A stretch of 63,976 bases of DNA, the filler included, from Perkinsus olseni (lineage: Eukaryota): the NCBI GenBank assembly GCA_013115125.1. It is 10 parts of 10 records of this genome, joined end to end, with 100 filler letters (N's around TTAATTAATTAA, not from the genome) between each part and the next. Parts side by side here need not be neighbours in the genome. Positions count along the whole stretch, not along the records: positions 45,975 to 52,391 come from JABANN010001100.1; positions 52,492 to 58,866 come from JABANN010001101.1; positions 58,967 to 63,976 come from JABANN010001225.1; 7 more parts are not named here. The stretch is one strand, 5' to 3'. Positions 51,301-61,030 of this stretch are shown one piece after another. Under the pieces are notes generated by a model. That model ran no database searches. It was not told where the DNA came from and saw only the letters and a list, made by a program, of their open reading frames with translations. Position numbers and translations under genes: made by a program. Within the stretch, counting starts at the first letter, position 1. Every line of letters begins with the position of its first letter.

Positions 51301-52347
51301 GTTCCACTCATAAAGAGGAAAACCGGGGCCAGGACAAAAGGCAGTCTTATGTCGATCAGAATGCCTAACCTTAAGTTGCCAATAACCACTCCGTAAATCC
51401 AGGGTAGAGAAAATAGTAGCACCAGCCAGATGTTCTTGTACGTCGTCAGGACGTGGGACAGGATAAGCGTCAACCTTGGAGACCTTATTCAAGGCCCGAT
51501 AGTCGATACATATCCTGACCTTACCATTCTTCTTAGCCGCAAACACACAAGGGAACTTATAAGCCGACGTAGAACGCTTGATGACACCCAACTCTTCCAT
51601 CTCCTTCAGCTGCTCTTGCACCTCAACTCGCCACTTGTGTGGTAAAGGCCTAACTCGTTGTACTATAGGCGCAGAGTCCGTGAGAGGGATAGAGTGTTCC
51701 ATCGACTCGCAAAGGCCTGGACGGTTCTTGAAGAGGTCGCCGAATTCCACACATAGCTTAATTAAATCCTTGTAAGCTGGAGAATCCTTGGGAACTTCGG
51801 GGAGCGTCTTGCCAATATCCGTAAAATCGGGGATGGCGAACTGCAAGGCCTGAGCAAGATCATCATCAAGCAAACTGTCAGGTTCCACACCAGGACCGGG
51901 CCATTCTTCCGGCGTAGAAGCAACCTGCTTGACGTCGGAGGACTCGGACCGAAAGCATAGAGGGGTAGCCTCCAAGGGACTAACCTTAGAGGTATCCTTG
52001 ACAGCCGCAAAGACAAGTTTCCCATGCGTAGCGTCAAAGTCAGTAGTCTGGATGATAGGGACCGAACATTCCCAATCTTCATCATGTCGATGTTGAACAT
52101 AGGTATCTTGAGGACTACCTTGGGCTTCTTGATGGTTCACAGAGGAGGTCGACAACAACGTATCCTTTCCTTGAGAAGGCCTAACATCATCATCATCAGG
52201 ACCAACCATAGTCAACCTCGCCGAATCATGAAGCGTAGCACCCAACATAGTAGTCTTCTTCAATAAAGGGTGTATACGAGGAGCTTCACGGGTAGAAGGA
52301 AAACCAAATAATCGAAGAGCCTTCACTATACCCAGGCTCCATACCAA
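48319..52347 (-). CDS. pol: Gypsy pol (RT, RNase H, integrase) with one in-frame TAG at 50155-50157
   Basis: Motifs RICIDYRALN, LDLRSGYWQ, MPFGL, YLDD, SDASDY, YTDHRPL, ADALSR, H..GH...C..C, AIDL, HSDQG and GLVERFN. Both ORFs are in the same frame. Confidence 0.93.
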
Positions 52348-52798
52348 AATGGGTCAGAAAATCATGGCCCAAAATAATCTCATGAGCTAGANNNNNNNNN
52401 NNNNNNNNNNNNNNNNNNNNNNNNNNNNNNNNNNNTTAATTAATTAANNNNNNNNNNNNNNNNNNNNNNNNNNNNNNNNNNNNNNNNNNNNTTCCGAGGG
52501 TTGGTCCTCCCCTTCTGTCGTGTAAGATTTTGCACCGGCCATTAAGAGAGTCAAAACTTCCTCCATGGAGGCATCCGCATTCCACGTGGGGACAATGATC
52601 ATACGACATCCCAATAAAATACGCCACAACAGCTCATTCATACCTGCATCGGGTACCATGTCAGCTGTGTTACTGGTTGAGCTTGGCATAACACAAGGGA
52701 AACACTTGGGAATAGAAGCATAATTATTAGTAGGAATACGCAGGGCAGACTACTAGCCATAGCTTAGCCAAGGGATACGGAGGCACACAAATGGGGAC

Positions 52799-52854
52799 AC
52801 GAGTATCCGACACTAGTAGTGTCGGATACTCGTACTGTAGTGTCACACTACAGT
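52799..52854. repeat. Twin perfect palindromes with 1-nt spacers (17-bp and 10-bp arms)
   Basis: ACGAGTATCCGACACTA-G-TAGTGTCGGATACTCGT is immediately followed by ACTGTAGTGT-C-ACACTACAGT. Confidence 0.95.
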
Positions 52855-53021
52855 CATACTACTGAAGACTACTGACTTGAATCGCTGGTGCGGGTAGGGT
52901 GCGTGAGGCCGAGGTCTGACGCGGCTAAGCTTCTCGACCCCTCCCCCTTTTGCCCCCCTCCCGCGTATCCTCGCGATGACTTATCTCCCTAGTCTTCATT
53001 TGATACTCTTACTCAGTAGCT

Positions 53022-53999
53022 ATGCCTAAAGCTCGTGCATCCAGGCGGAAAGCTACTTCACCGGCCTCTAAGCCACTAAACAAGAAGAAACGCCTCACCC
53101 CGGTAGCCTCTAAGCCGAGTACTACAGGTGAACCTACTAAGTTGGTTGCTCAGCAACAATTTCCTGTCTCCCCTCTCCTGAGCCCAGCAGCTGCTCTCTC
53201 ACAACCTAATACTATCAGGGAGGACCCGGTACATCCACCGGACGCGGTATCCTTAACTGATCTTGACTCACAAGTGCGAGATTTCATCAACAATCAATAT
53301 CACCATTCTCCTCATGCTCATCCTGTCCCCCCCTTACCGGACACGTCCTCACCCATGGTTCAGAAACCTCTATCAATGCCGGGGCATCTTATGGCTCCGC
53401 TTTACAGCAAGTGGTCTTCCTTGGAAATGTTCCTCGATCAACCATGGTTCGCCTATATACCAACTTCGTGGTCTCGAGTAAAGGGGGTCAACATCGACAA
53501 ACATACTGAGACTTACTCCGTCGCGGCAGTTACCATGTCAGCCATTGGCTTTGGGACTCGCCTAGCCCACGCCGGTGTTATCAACAGCACGACTGCTCTG
53601 ACTATCATTGGAAAAGTGGTAGATTGCTCGTTCGGCCTGAATGGTACTCTCAAATCACGTCATGAACTCGACAAAATGATTACTATGTCGTTGGGCTTAG
53701 TTCAAGCACGCGAAGTGGCCAACGCCGATCTGTCAACTACTAACCCGGTCGATTCTGTGCTCAACTCTGCCTTGAACCATTTTGAAGGGTTCAGCCTACC
53801 TCCACCAAAACTAGATCGCACTGCAACCTCTTGGAAGAAGCAGGGTTGGAAAGATCAGGATCGCTGGACTTCTAAGCAGAAGTCTGGGAGCAACTGGCAA
53901 GGCAATTGGCAAGGCAATGGTTGGTGGTGCGATGAAGGATCTAAATCTAAAGCACGACAAGCGGAAACTTCTGACAAGCACAGCAAACCCTCGTCCTAA
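53022..53999 (+). CDS. ORF1, putative Gag-like protein of the YR retroelement
   Basis: 325 aa, with a basic/Pro-rich N-terminus and a W/G/K-rich C-terminus. Assigned by position upstream of RT. Confidence 0.7.
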   Translation: MPKARASRRKATSPASKPLNKKKRLTPVASKPSTTGEPTKLVAQQQFPVSPLLSPAAALSQPNTIREDPVHPPDAVSLTDLDSQVRDFINNQYHHSPHAHPVPPLPDTSSPMVQKPLSMPGHLMAPLYSKWSSLEMFLDQPWFAYIPTSWSRVKGVNIDKHTETYSVAAVTMSAIGFGTRLAHAGVINSTTALTIIGKVVDCSFGLNGTLKSRHELDKMITMSLGLVQAREVANADLSTTNPVDSVLNSALNHFEGFSLPPPKLDRTATSWKKQGWKDQDRWTSKQKSGSNWQGNWQGNGWWCDEGSKSKARQAETSDKHSKPSS

Positions 54000-54185
54000 G
54001 CCTTGTAATATTGCTGTTGTCCTACCCTTTCTGCCCGGAATGGGACACTCATTTACCTAACTCCTTCTCATCAGATTGCTAAACCATATCAGTAGTACAA
54101 CGAATTTTACACCATCAACTCATCCTTGATCACCTCTTCTACAGTCTCAGCTACCAAGGGTCGAGTTCTTAGTCTCGTTCTTACT

Positions 54186-56366
54186 ATGCCTGTAGCTATT
54201 TCTGCAATGTCTGCAAATGTCGATTCACCCCGCCCGACGAAACTTTCACGGCGAGGCTCTAGAAGCAAGACCAGCGAATTTATTCGAAGGTCTCGTCAAG
54301 CCTTACAACATGTTGGTTTACACGAGCTCATAGAGATTATACTTTACAAGAAAATCATTGTCCTTAGGCCTAAGGACAATTCTAAGATTATCTATGGGTA
54401 CCCACCTTGTTCCAAGAAGCTTCATACTCTCATACATGCCGAGGAGCTCTCCTGCCATATCACATCACCCGAAGAACATCTGCTTTGGGCGTTGGGTCAG
54501 GATTTTCTTCCACAAGAAGATGTCCTACTACCCACAATGTTACAGGCCACTATAGCTTTACAGAACGAACTCACTCAAAACCAGCTAACCTGGTTGCGGG
54601 CTCACAACAAGCTGCACATCACTTCTTGGCTCGGAACCTCTCCTTCTGGCGAAGAACTCTACTGGAGGAATCAACTTATCAAGCCGGTACCATCCAATTG
54701 GCGACTGGACCGTATCATGAAGTTGCTACTCATCACTAACCATCGAGATCAAGATTTACCTTTCTTTTCGGCTTCGGGGTTTCCCTTAACGGGGATCATT
54801 CCCGATGGAAACTTGTATCCTCGTCTCTCACGACCCAGGGTAGAATTGTACCCTCCCGAAGCTCTCACTGTGAGCAAAAAGTCTTTGTCCTCCATCACAG
54901 CCTACTTACAACGATCTTTCAACGACGAACACTTGAACGAGGCCATCATCAAAGACGTCCACTCGGAGGTCGCCCTGGGCCGGGCATGGGGCCCTTATTC
55001 ACTGGTGGATCTACCGTCTCAAGCAAGCTTCGTTTCACCGCTTTTTGCCATCTCCCAACCGGACAAGATCCGCTTGATCTCAAATTATTCCTATCGGTCA
55101 GCGGGGAAGAAATTGAATGGAGCGATGTCCATACACCACAAGGTTCAATTTCCTCGCCTTCTTCATGTGGCTAAGATTGTTAAGCTGTTGCACGTCCGAG
55201 GTCAAAAAACTATCTACCGCATTGACCACAAAGCTGCCTACCGCCAACTCCCGGTGAGGGAAGAAGATTGCTGGCGTGCATGTGGCCTTTTTCTAGATTC
55301 ATTCTCATCACCGAGTATTGTGGTCCCTCGCAGATGCCCCTTCGGGGCAGTGGCCTCAGTAACAAACTATCTGAGGACATCAGAAATGATGAGCCATCTA
55401 GCTCGATGTTTGGGTATCATCAATCGAATGGCCTACATGGACGACTACTTCGCTGTGGAGTGCGTCCATTCCGCTTTGGACGCACAACAGTTCTTTTCAT
55501 TTCTAAATGAACTCATCGGCGCAGAGATCAAACATGAAAAAGATGTTCCTCCGTCAGAGTCATTGGTTCTTCTAGGTTTACAAATTGATCTCAGTACTAA
55601 TGATTTCACCGTGACGGTTACTCCAGATCGTCGTTTGAAGTTGAGAGAGCACCTTCTACGAATACAAGGCGATCATGCTCGTATCGATTCTAAATTGACC
55701 GGGAAATTATCATTCTGTTGTGAAGCTTTATATGGTCGGTCGGGTAGAGGTCCTGTCAGGCTCTTGATACGCAAGGCAGCTGGGTTACCAGTGGATGATG
55801 ATCTGGTTTCACAGGCGATCTCTCTATTAGTCGACATCTTCGCTTCACCACCCCCTTGTGCATATCCACTTGCCGACTTAAATACCCGACTTCAACCGTA
55901 CATATGTTACGCAGATGCGGCTACATCTACTGGCAACATTGCAGTTTATGGGCCTCCCCAGCTTGGTCTCTCTGCTCTGTACTCAATAGTTCCTACAGGG
56001 CTCCATGATAACATCAACATCCTCGAATTTCTGGCATTGGCAGTGGCAATTACAACATTCCACAACAAGGTTCCCCAACAGCCCCTGAGAGTCTTCTCGG
56101 ATAGCAAGGTCGCGGAGCTAGCTCTCCTCAGAGGAAGTAGCTCCTCTGGGCTTCTTTGCCTAGCGATACATCATTTCTGGCTGGAGTTAGCTCACTTACC
56201 ATCTTTTGTCTTCTTTGTTGCTCACGTTAAGTCGGGGTGCAATCCTGCTGATGCCCTGTCTAGAAATAATTTCGATGTCATATGGTTGAATGACGCAGTA
56301 CTCTTACCCGCATCTCTCCCACAATGGTGTTCTGATCCCGCTTTTGGCGTCTCGGGGTCACTATAG
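54186..56366 (+). CDS. Reverse transcriptase-RNase H of the YR retroelement
   Basis: RT motifs KIRLI, IDHKAAYRQLP, PFG, YMDDY and LLGL. RNase H motifs YADAA, INILEFLA, FSDS and NPADALSR. Confidence 0.93.
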   Translation: MPVAISAMSANVDSPRPTKLSRRGSRSKTSEFIRRSRQALQHVGLHELIEIILYKKIIVLRPKDNSKIIYGYPPCSKKLHTLIHAEELSCHITSPEEHLLWALGQDFLPQEDVLLPTMLQATIALQNELTQNQLTWLRAHNKLHITSWLGTSPSGEELYWRNQLIKPVPSNWRLDRIMKLLLITNHRDQDLPFFSASGFPLTGIIPDGNLYPRLSRPRVELYPPEALTVSKKSLSSITAYLQRSFNDEHLNEAIIKDVHSEVALGRAWGPYSLVDLPSQASFVSPLFAISQPDKIRLISNYSYRSAGKKLNGAMSIHHKVQFPRLLHVAKIVKLLHVRGQKTIYRIDHKAAYRQLPVREEDCWRACGLFLDSFSSPSIVVPRRCPFGAVASVTNYLRTSEMMSHLARCLGIINRMAYMDDYFAVECVHSALDAQQFFSFLNELIGAEIKHEKDVPPSESLVLLGLQIDLSTNDFTVTVTPDRRLKLREHLLRIQGDHARIDSKLTGKLSFCCEALYGRSGRGPVRLLIRKAAGLPVDDDLVSQAISLLVDIFASPPPCAYPLADLNTRLQPYICYADAATSTGNIAVYGPPQLGLSALYSIVPTGLHDNINILEFLALAVAITTFHNKVPQQPLRVFSDSKVAELALLRGSSSSGLLCLAIHHFWLELAHLPSFVFFVAHVKSGCNPADALSRNNFDVIWLNDAVLLPASLPQWCSDPAFGVSGSL

Positions 56367-56465
56367 CATTTTTTTCCGAACTATCTTACTCGCTTTTGTT
56401 CTCCACTGGTTCGAAATGGTCTTCACTGAAGACTCTTCAGGAACAACAGGGTTCTCCCATATAAC

Positions 56466-57527
56466 ATGCCACCGTACATTCAGCCCCTGCCAGCAGAGCC
56501 TCTTCTACTCACGGTTCTTCACAACCCTACAAGACTCCACGAGAGTATGGTAGCAGCTTCTGTTCTCACTATCACAGATCTCTATTACTGGAAGCCGCCT
56601 AACTTACCATCAGCCACAGCAATCAAACTTCACATGGTTAAATCTCACCCTGACTTTACAGCTGCCCTCCTAGCCGATGGGTTGCCTATTCTACCACATG
56701 ATGAGCAAGTATATCTCGACCAACATCTTGCGCCCACCACATGGAAGTCTTACCGATCTGCACTGAAGTCTTTCATCGTCTGGCACTGGCGGAACTGGCC
56801 ACGTCGACCTATCTTTCCTACGCAAGCAGTCGTCATACGTAGATTCATAGCAGCTGACCCTGTCCATGCCCGGTATGTCACGGCCTTGAAGAAAATACAT
56901 ACCTTATTGTCGTTACCCATACTCTTCGAGGATGGATTGACCAAATCTATAGTTAAAGGAGCTTTCAAAGTCCTTAATGCTCGTAAATTCCCCCGCGTTT
57001 TCATTTCATTTGACGACTTACAACACATAGTTCGGATTGCACACGCGCACAACTGGATACTTTTCTCTAGTTTGTGCGTTTTAGCCTACTACTTTGGTGT
57101 TCGGGTGCCTTCGGAACTCTTGGATCTGCATAATCGGGACCTCATCGTCTCAGGCTCCTCTGTGTATTTGCGCTTACATCGCCGCAAGAGATCGAATCGC
57201 CCTTGCCATTTGTATCGCAAATGTACATGTGCTACTTTCGGAAAGGATCTGTGCCCAGTAGAAGCTGCCAAAATCATTAATCTACATCAGTCACATAGTA
57301 TGTCCTTGTCTAGCTTTAACAGATTACTCAAACAGTGTGCTGCAGTGTGCCCCAAACTTGATTCCCACCATATCAGCTCTCATGGTTTTCGCAGGGGTTT
57401 TACTTCAGACATAGCATTGTCCCAGGCACCACAACATCTCATCGATAAACTAGGGGGCTGGTCATCTCCGAAGTCCAAACACCACTATCTCTCACATCAG
57501 GCCGCACTATATCTGGCTAAAACGTAA
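56466..57527 (+). CDS. Tyrosine recombinase
   Basis: LAPTTWKSY N-terminal helix, then GVRVPSEL (R), LCPV, HGFRRG (HxxR), LGGWSS and the HY catalytic Tyr. Confidence 0.93.
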   Translation: MPPYIQPLPAEPLLLTVLHNPTRLHESMVAASVLTITDLYYWKPPNLPSATAIKLHMVKSHPDFTAALLADGLPILPHDEQVYLDQHLAPTTWKSYRSALKSFIVWHWRNWPRRPIFPTQAVVIRRFIAADPVHARYVTALKKIHTLLSLPILFEDGLTKSIVKGAFKVLNARKFPRVFISFDDLQHIVRIAHAHNWILFSSLCVLAYYFGVRVPSELLDLHNRDLIVSGSSVYLRLHRRKRSNRPCHLYRKCTCATFGKDLCPVEAAKIINLHQSHSMSLSSFNRLLKQCAAVCPKLDSHHISSHGFRRGFTSDIALSQAPQHLIDKLGGWSSPKSKHHYLSHQAALYLAKT

Positions 57528-57845
57528 CCTTATATGATATAAGTTATATCATTCGGCTTCATTTCATCGGTTTGCTCCACCTCATCATTTCACTTATCTA
57601 CGAGTTGTAATTGGGTTACTCAGTTCGAGCTCTCCATCGACGGGAGGAAGAGAGCTCGCACGAGAGGGAGTGAGCTACAGTAGCTACATATGAGCTACGC
57701 TACAGCTCCAACCTCAAGCCTCAGCGCGCTAAGCGACGAAGGGAAGGACGCACGCTGACGAAGGTTGGAGCTCTCATCGCTTCTCACTCCCCAACGCATC
57801 TTAGAAGCGTGACGGAGGTTCAACCATCGAGGCGTGTATGAGAAA

Positions 57846-58793
57846 CAGTGTGGCTGACGGACAGAATAAATCGTGGAAAATTTTCTCTTGAAAATTTTCG
57901 ACAGAAAGAAAAGAAAAATAAGAAAAAATAGAAAATTTACGGAAAAATAGGGACGAAAATGCAGAAATCTCCCGGAACCAGGGTACTTAAGTTGCAGATT
58001 TAGGATAAATCAATATCGGCCATCACGATATCAGCGACGTTTCGACATTCCATAGGAGCAGTACTGAGTGAACGAGATTTATAGGCTTTGCCAACCCTTC
58101 TCCGTCCGCCTAGCGCTCTAAATTTGAACCGTTGGTGATCGGAGGTAGCCTACCGCCGGTAGGTGACCGTCCATCTGCACAAGTCGTACAGTATCATGCT
58201 CGTCGCGCAACAAGCTAGCTACGCATGAACATCGGATATTACAGCAACGTATGGCCTTGTCACCGAGATAATTATCAGGTTTATCAACAGGAAATTCATG
58301 CCGTGAAATGCAAGACGTGATTATCCCATATCTCACGATCTAGATCGAGGCAGCTGTTGTTTTTCAAGAATTTTCTTCATAGTGCAGAAGCTGGACGGAA
58401 GGTGCGGGCCTTGTTGTTCGGGTCCCTTTGAACTCCGAGACTCCCGGATCGGGGGTTTAGCTCCCCCGAAATCAAGTCGTGTCACATACAACTCTGTTTG
58501 ACTTGAGCGCAAGCACTGACACCCGGAATCTACACAGTGCACGGTGACACTGTATAGCTGGGAGCTCCGCCGTACATTAGTGACTAATGATTTGTCGGTT
58601 AGACCGTAATACGGTGGCAGAAAAAATTCATGAAAATACCCCAAATTCGCTCCAGAACAGCCATTTTTTCAATTTTTTCCTTCGGGCGCGCGCTTTCTGC
58701 ATTTGAACAGAAAAATAGATTCTGTTATATGTTCGGAAATTTTTGAAAATTTCGAACAGAAAGATGAAAATTTTCATTGTGTCAGCCACACTG
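57846..58793. mobile_element. Non-autonomous hAT-type DNA transposon (948 bp)
   Basis: Perfect 13-bp TIR CAGTGTGGCTGAC / GTCAGCCACACTG and perfect 8-bp TSD ATGAGAAA (57838-57845, 58794-58801). Subtermini are GAAAATTTT-rich and there is no transposase. Confidence 0.9.
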
Positions 58794-58966
58794 ATGAGAA
58801 ACACAACGGAAGCTTGTGTTATCATACGCGCTGTTGATGGGCGCGCGCTTTCAAACGGCCAGCACGNNNNNNNNNNNNNNNNNNNNNNNNNNNNNNNNNN
58901 NNNNNNNNNNTTAATTAATTAANNNNNNNNNNNNNNNNNNNNNNNNNNNNNNNNNNNNNNNNNNNN

Positions 58967-59037
<71 letters not shown>
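58967..59037. repeat. (AAC)n microsatellite at contig start
   Basis: About 23 AAC units. Confidence 0.95.
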
Positions 59038-59082
59038 GAACAAGAACCGCATCATTATAACCGTTGGTAGATATCGAACTCC

Positions 59083-59148
59083 ATGGGTTTACTGTTCATA
59101 ATTTCACCTACAATATCCATATCTCACCTTATCAAACCTCTCATCATC

Positions 59149-59182
<34 letters not shown>

Positions 59183-60707
59183 TCGGCGATGGTGATGATG
59201 ATGCTACATCATTGGCTGCTGCTGGTGGAGGGCGTCGTCGTCTTCAATGGCGATATGTTCTATCATCCATACGATACGCATTATCATCGTCATATCATCA
59301 CTGGGTTGATGATGGTATAATGAGCAGCACTCCAGGAGCAGCAGCAGCAGGAGGAGGAGGAGGAGGAAGGGAACTGAAGGATATACTCATGCGTTCACTG
59401 GTAGTAGTAGGTATCTGATGGTATGTAGTATCCTCATTATTACAGGTTATCACGGATCATCCTGATATCCAACAGATTACTCTCAATATAATAACCACTA
59501 TATTACTACAAGTACCATCATCAACCTCATCTCCATTCACCTCTTTGCTCATGGAGCTTAGTAAAGATGATATAACGATGGTAAGACTACTACTACTACT
59601 AGTCTCGTTATAGTTGTATTATTATTACTCACACTCACACTCATCATCATCATCATCATTATTATACTATCGTTGTTAGATATTATCTCATGCCATCAAG
59701 CAGTGTGATATAAACCCATCATTGATTAGGGAGGTGGATCTAGGCCCGTTCAAGCACAAACAAGACGATGGTCTGCCTCTTCGTAAGGTAGTAACAACAA
59801 CAACAACAACAGAGATCATCATCATCTACACCATCATCAACTTGTTCATATTGCCGTTGTCAGGCATCATATACCTGTCTAACAGCATTCTTAACATCAT
59901 CATCATATCCCGTTATAGCTCATACCGCACTACATTATCTATGCCATAACAGATGTCAAACCGAAGAGCAGGGAGAACAGGAAATAACACTTGCTGATCT
60001 ATTAATAAAAGGTTCCCAGGACCATGTAGTATCCTTCTTCATACTCGTACTACCAGTAGTAGTAGATGATTGATATTATCGTCATTAGGAGGATATACAA
60101 GGCCTGTGCTGCGAGCTTCTATGCCGTTCTTGGTTTGCTGCTACTACTTCTACAACTACCAATCATGGTGCATCATCATCATCAAGAAGCAGTGGTGGTG
60201 GTAGTAATAATAGGATACTATTAGAAAGGGAGATAACTAGGAAGGCAGGATCTGTTATTGAGGCTATGCATAAACCGATCAGTATGGTAATAGTACTTCG
60301 TGCCAAAATTATTAATAGTGCTACAAATATCGTCTCGATAGTTACTAAGACGATTACAACGGCAGGAAGGTGGTGGTGGTGGTGGTGGTGGCGGACTGAA
60401 GTCTAGTGCAGGTGGACGGGTGGAATATGCCAGAGCAACTAATACATTGAAGTCCTTCGTCAAAGCAGTCTATACTTTAACTAATATAGTATCTTCATCA
60501 TCATCATCAACGCCACTCATCACCAATAAGCACGAAGAACAGCAACATGGTACGCATACTCATAATGATGATGATGAGTTGAGGATATTCCGTGATATGG
60601 TAGTAGTAGTAGTCATCATCATGATCGATAATTATGTCTTACATGATCAGATTAAGCGTCTTGACCAGGAACCAGCCTGGAGAACAGTTGTATCGGCTAT
60701 GTCGTAG
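59083..60707 (+). CDS. CAND1: Cullin-associated NEDD8-dissociated protein 1, 3' exons (5'-truncated)
   Basis: [28 protein letters not shown] matches the CAND1/TIP120 signature [28 protein letters not shown]. Confidence 0.82.
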
Positions 60708-61030
60708 TCTACCTGATGTACTCAACTCATCGTCATCATCATCATCATCGTTACCATCACATTAATGCGCGCTCGCCCATATAATCGATTTGCGTGTTGA
60801 GACGTGTGGGGTCCTTGTGTTCACTCATGAAGTTTTTATCGTTTTTCTAGTTGGTTGTGTTGTTGACTTGATCAATAATAACAATGGTATTACTATTGGT
60901 GGCATTATGTCGCTCATTCGTCGCACGTCATTTCTTATCATTCACCATCTGTCAACTGTTTCAGTACCATCATCACAATCATCATCATTTGTTGTTATAA
61001 TAATAACGACAGCGTCGTCATCACCAGCTA

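Larger units (their letters stand above)
45975..52391 (-). mobile_element. Ty3/Gypsy-type LTR retrotransposon internal region (gag and LTRs outside the contig)
   Basis: Domain order is RT-RNase H-integrase, followed by an extra co-oriented ORF. The whole contig has uniform composition and motif use. Confidence 0.92.
52799..57800 (+). mobile_element. Tyrosine-recombinase retrotransposon (DIRS order, Ngaro-like domain content); ends uncertain
   Basis: Three intact, intronless, co-oriented ORFs: ORF1, RT-RNase H and YR. Confidence 0.88.

Noticed and set aside
6485-58966. Regularly spaced TTAATTAATTAA repeats as a biological array, and cross-contig gene neighbourhoods as operon-like clusters
   Set aside because: They are artificial spacers between size-sorted contigs, so adjacency across them (deoC/PGM2, Gypsy/YR element) has no meaning.
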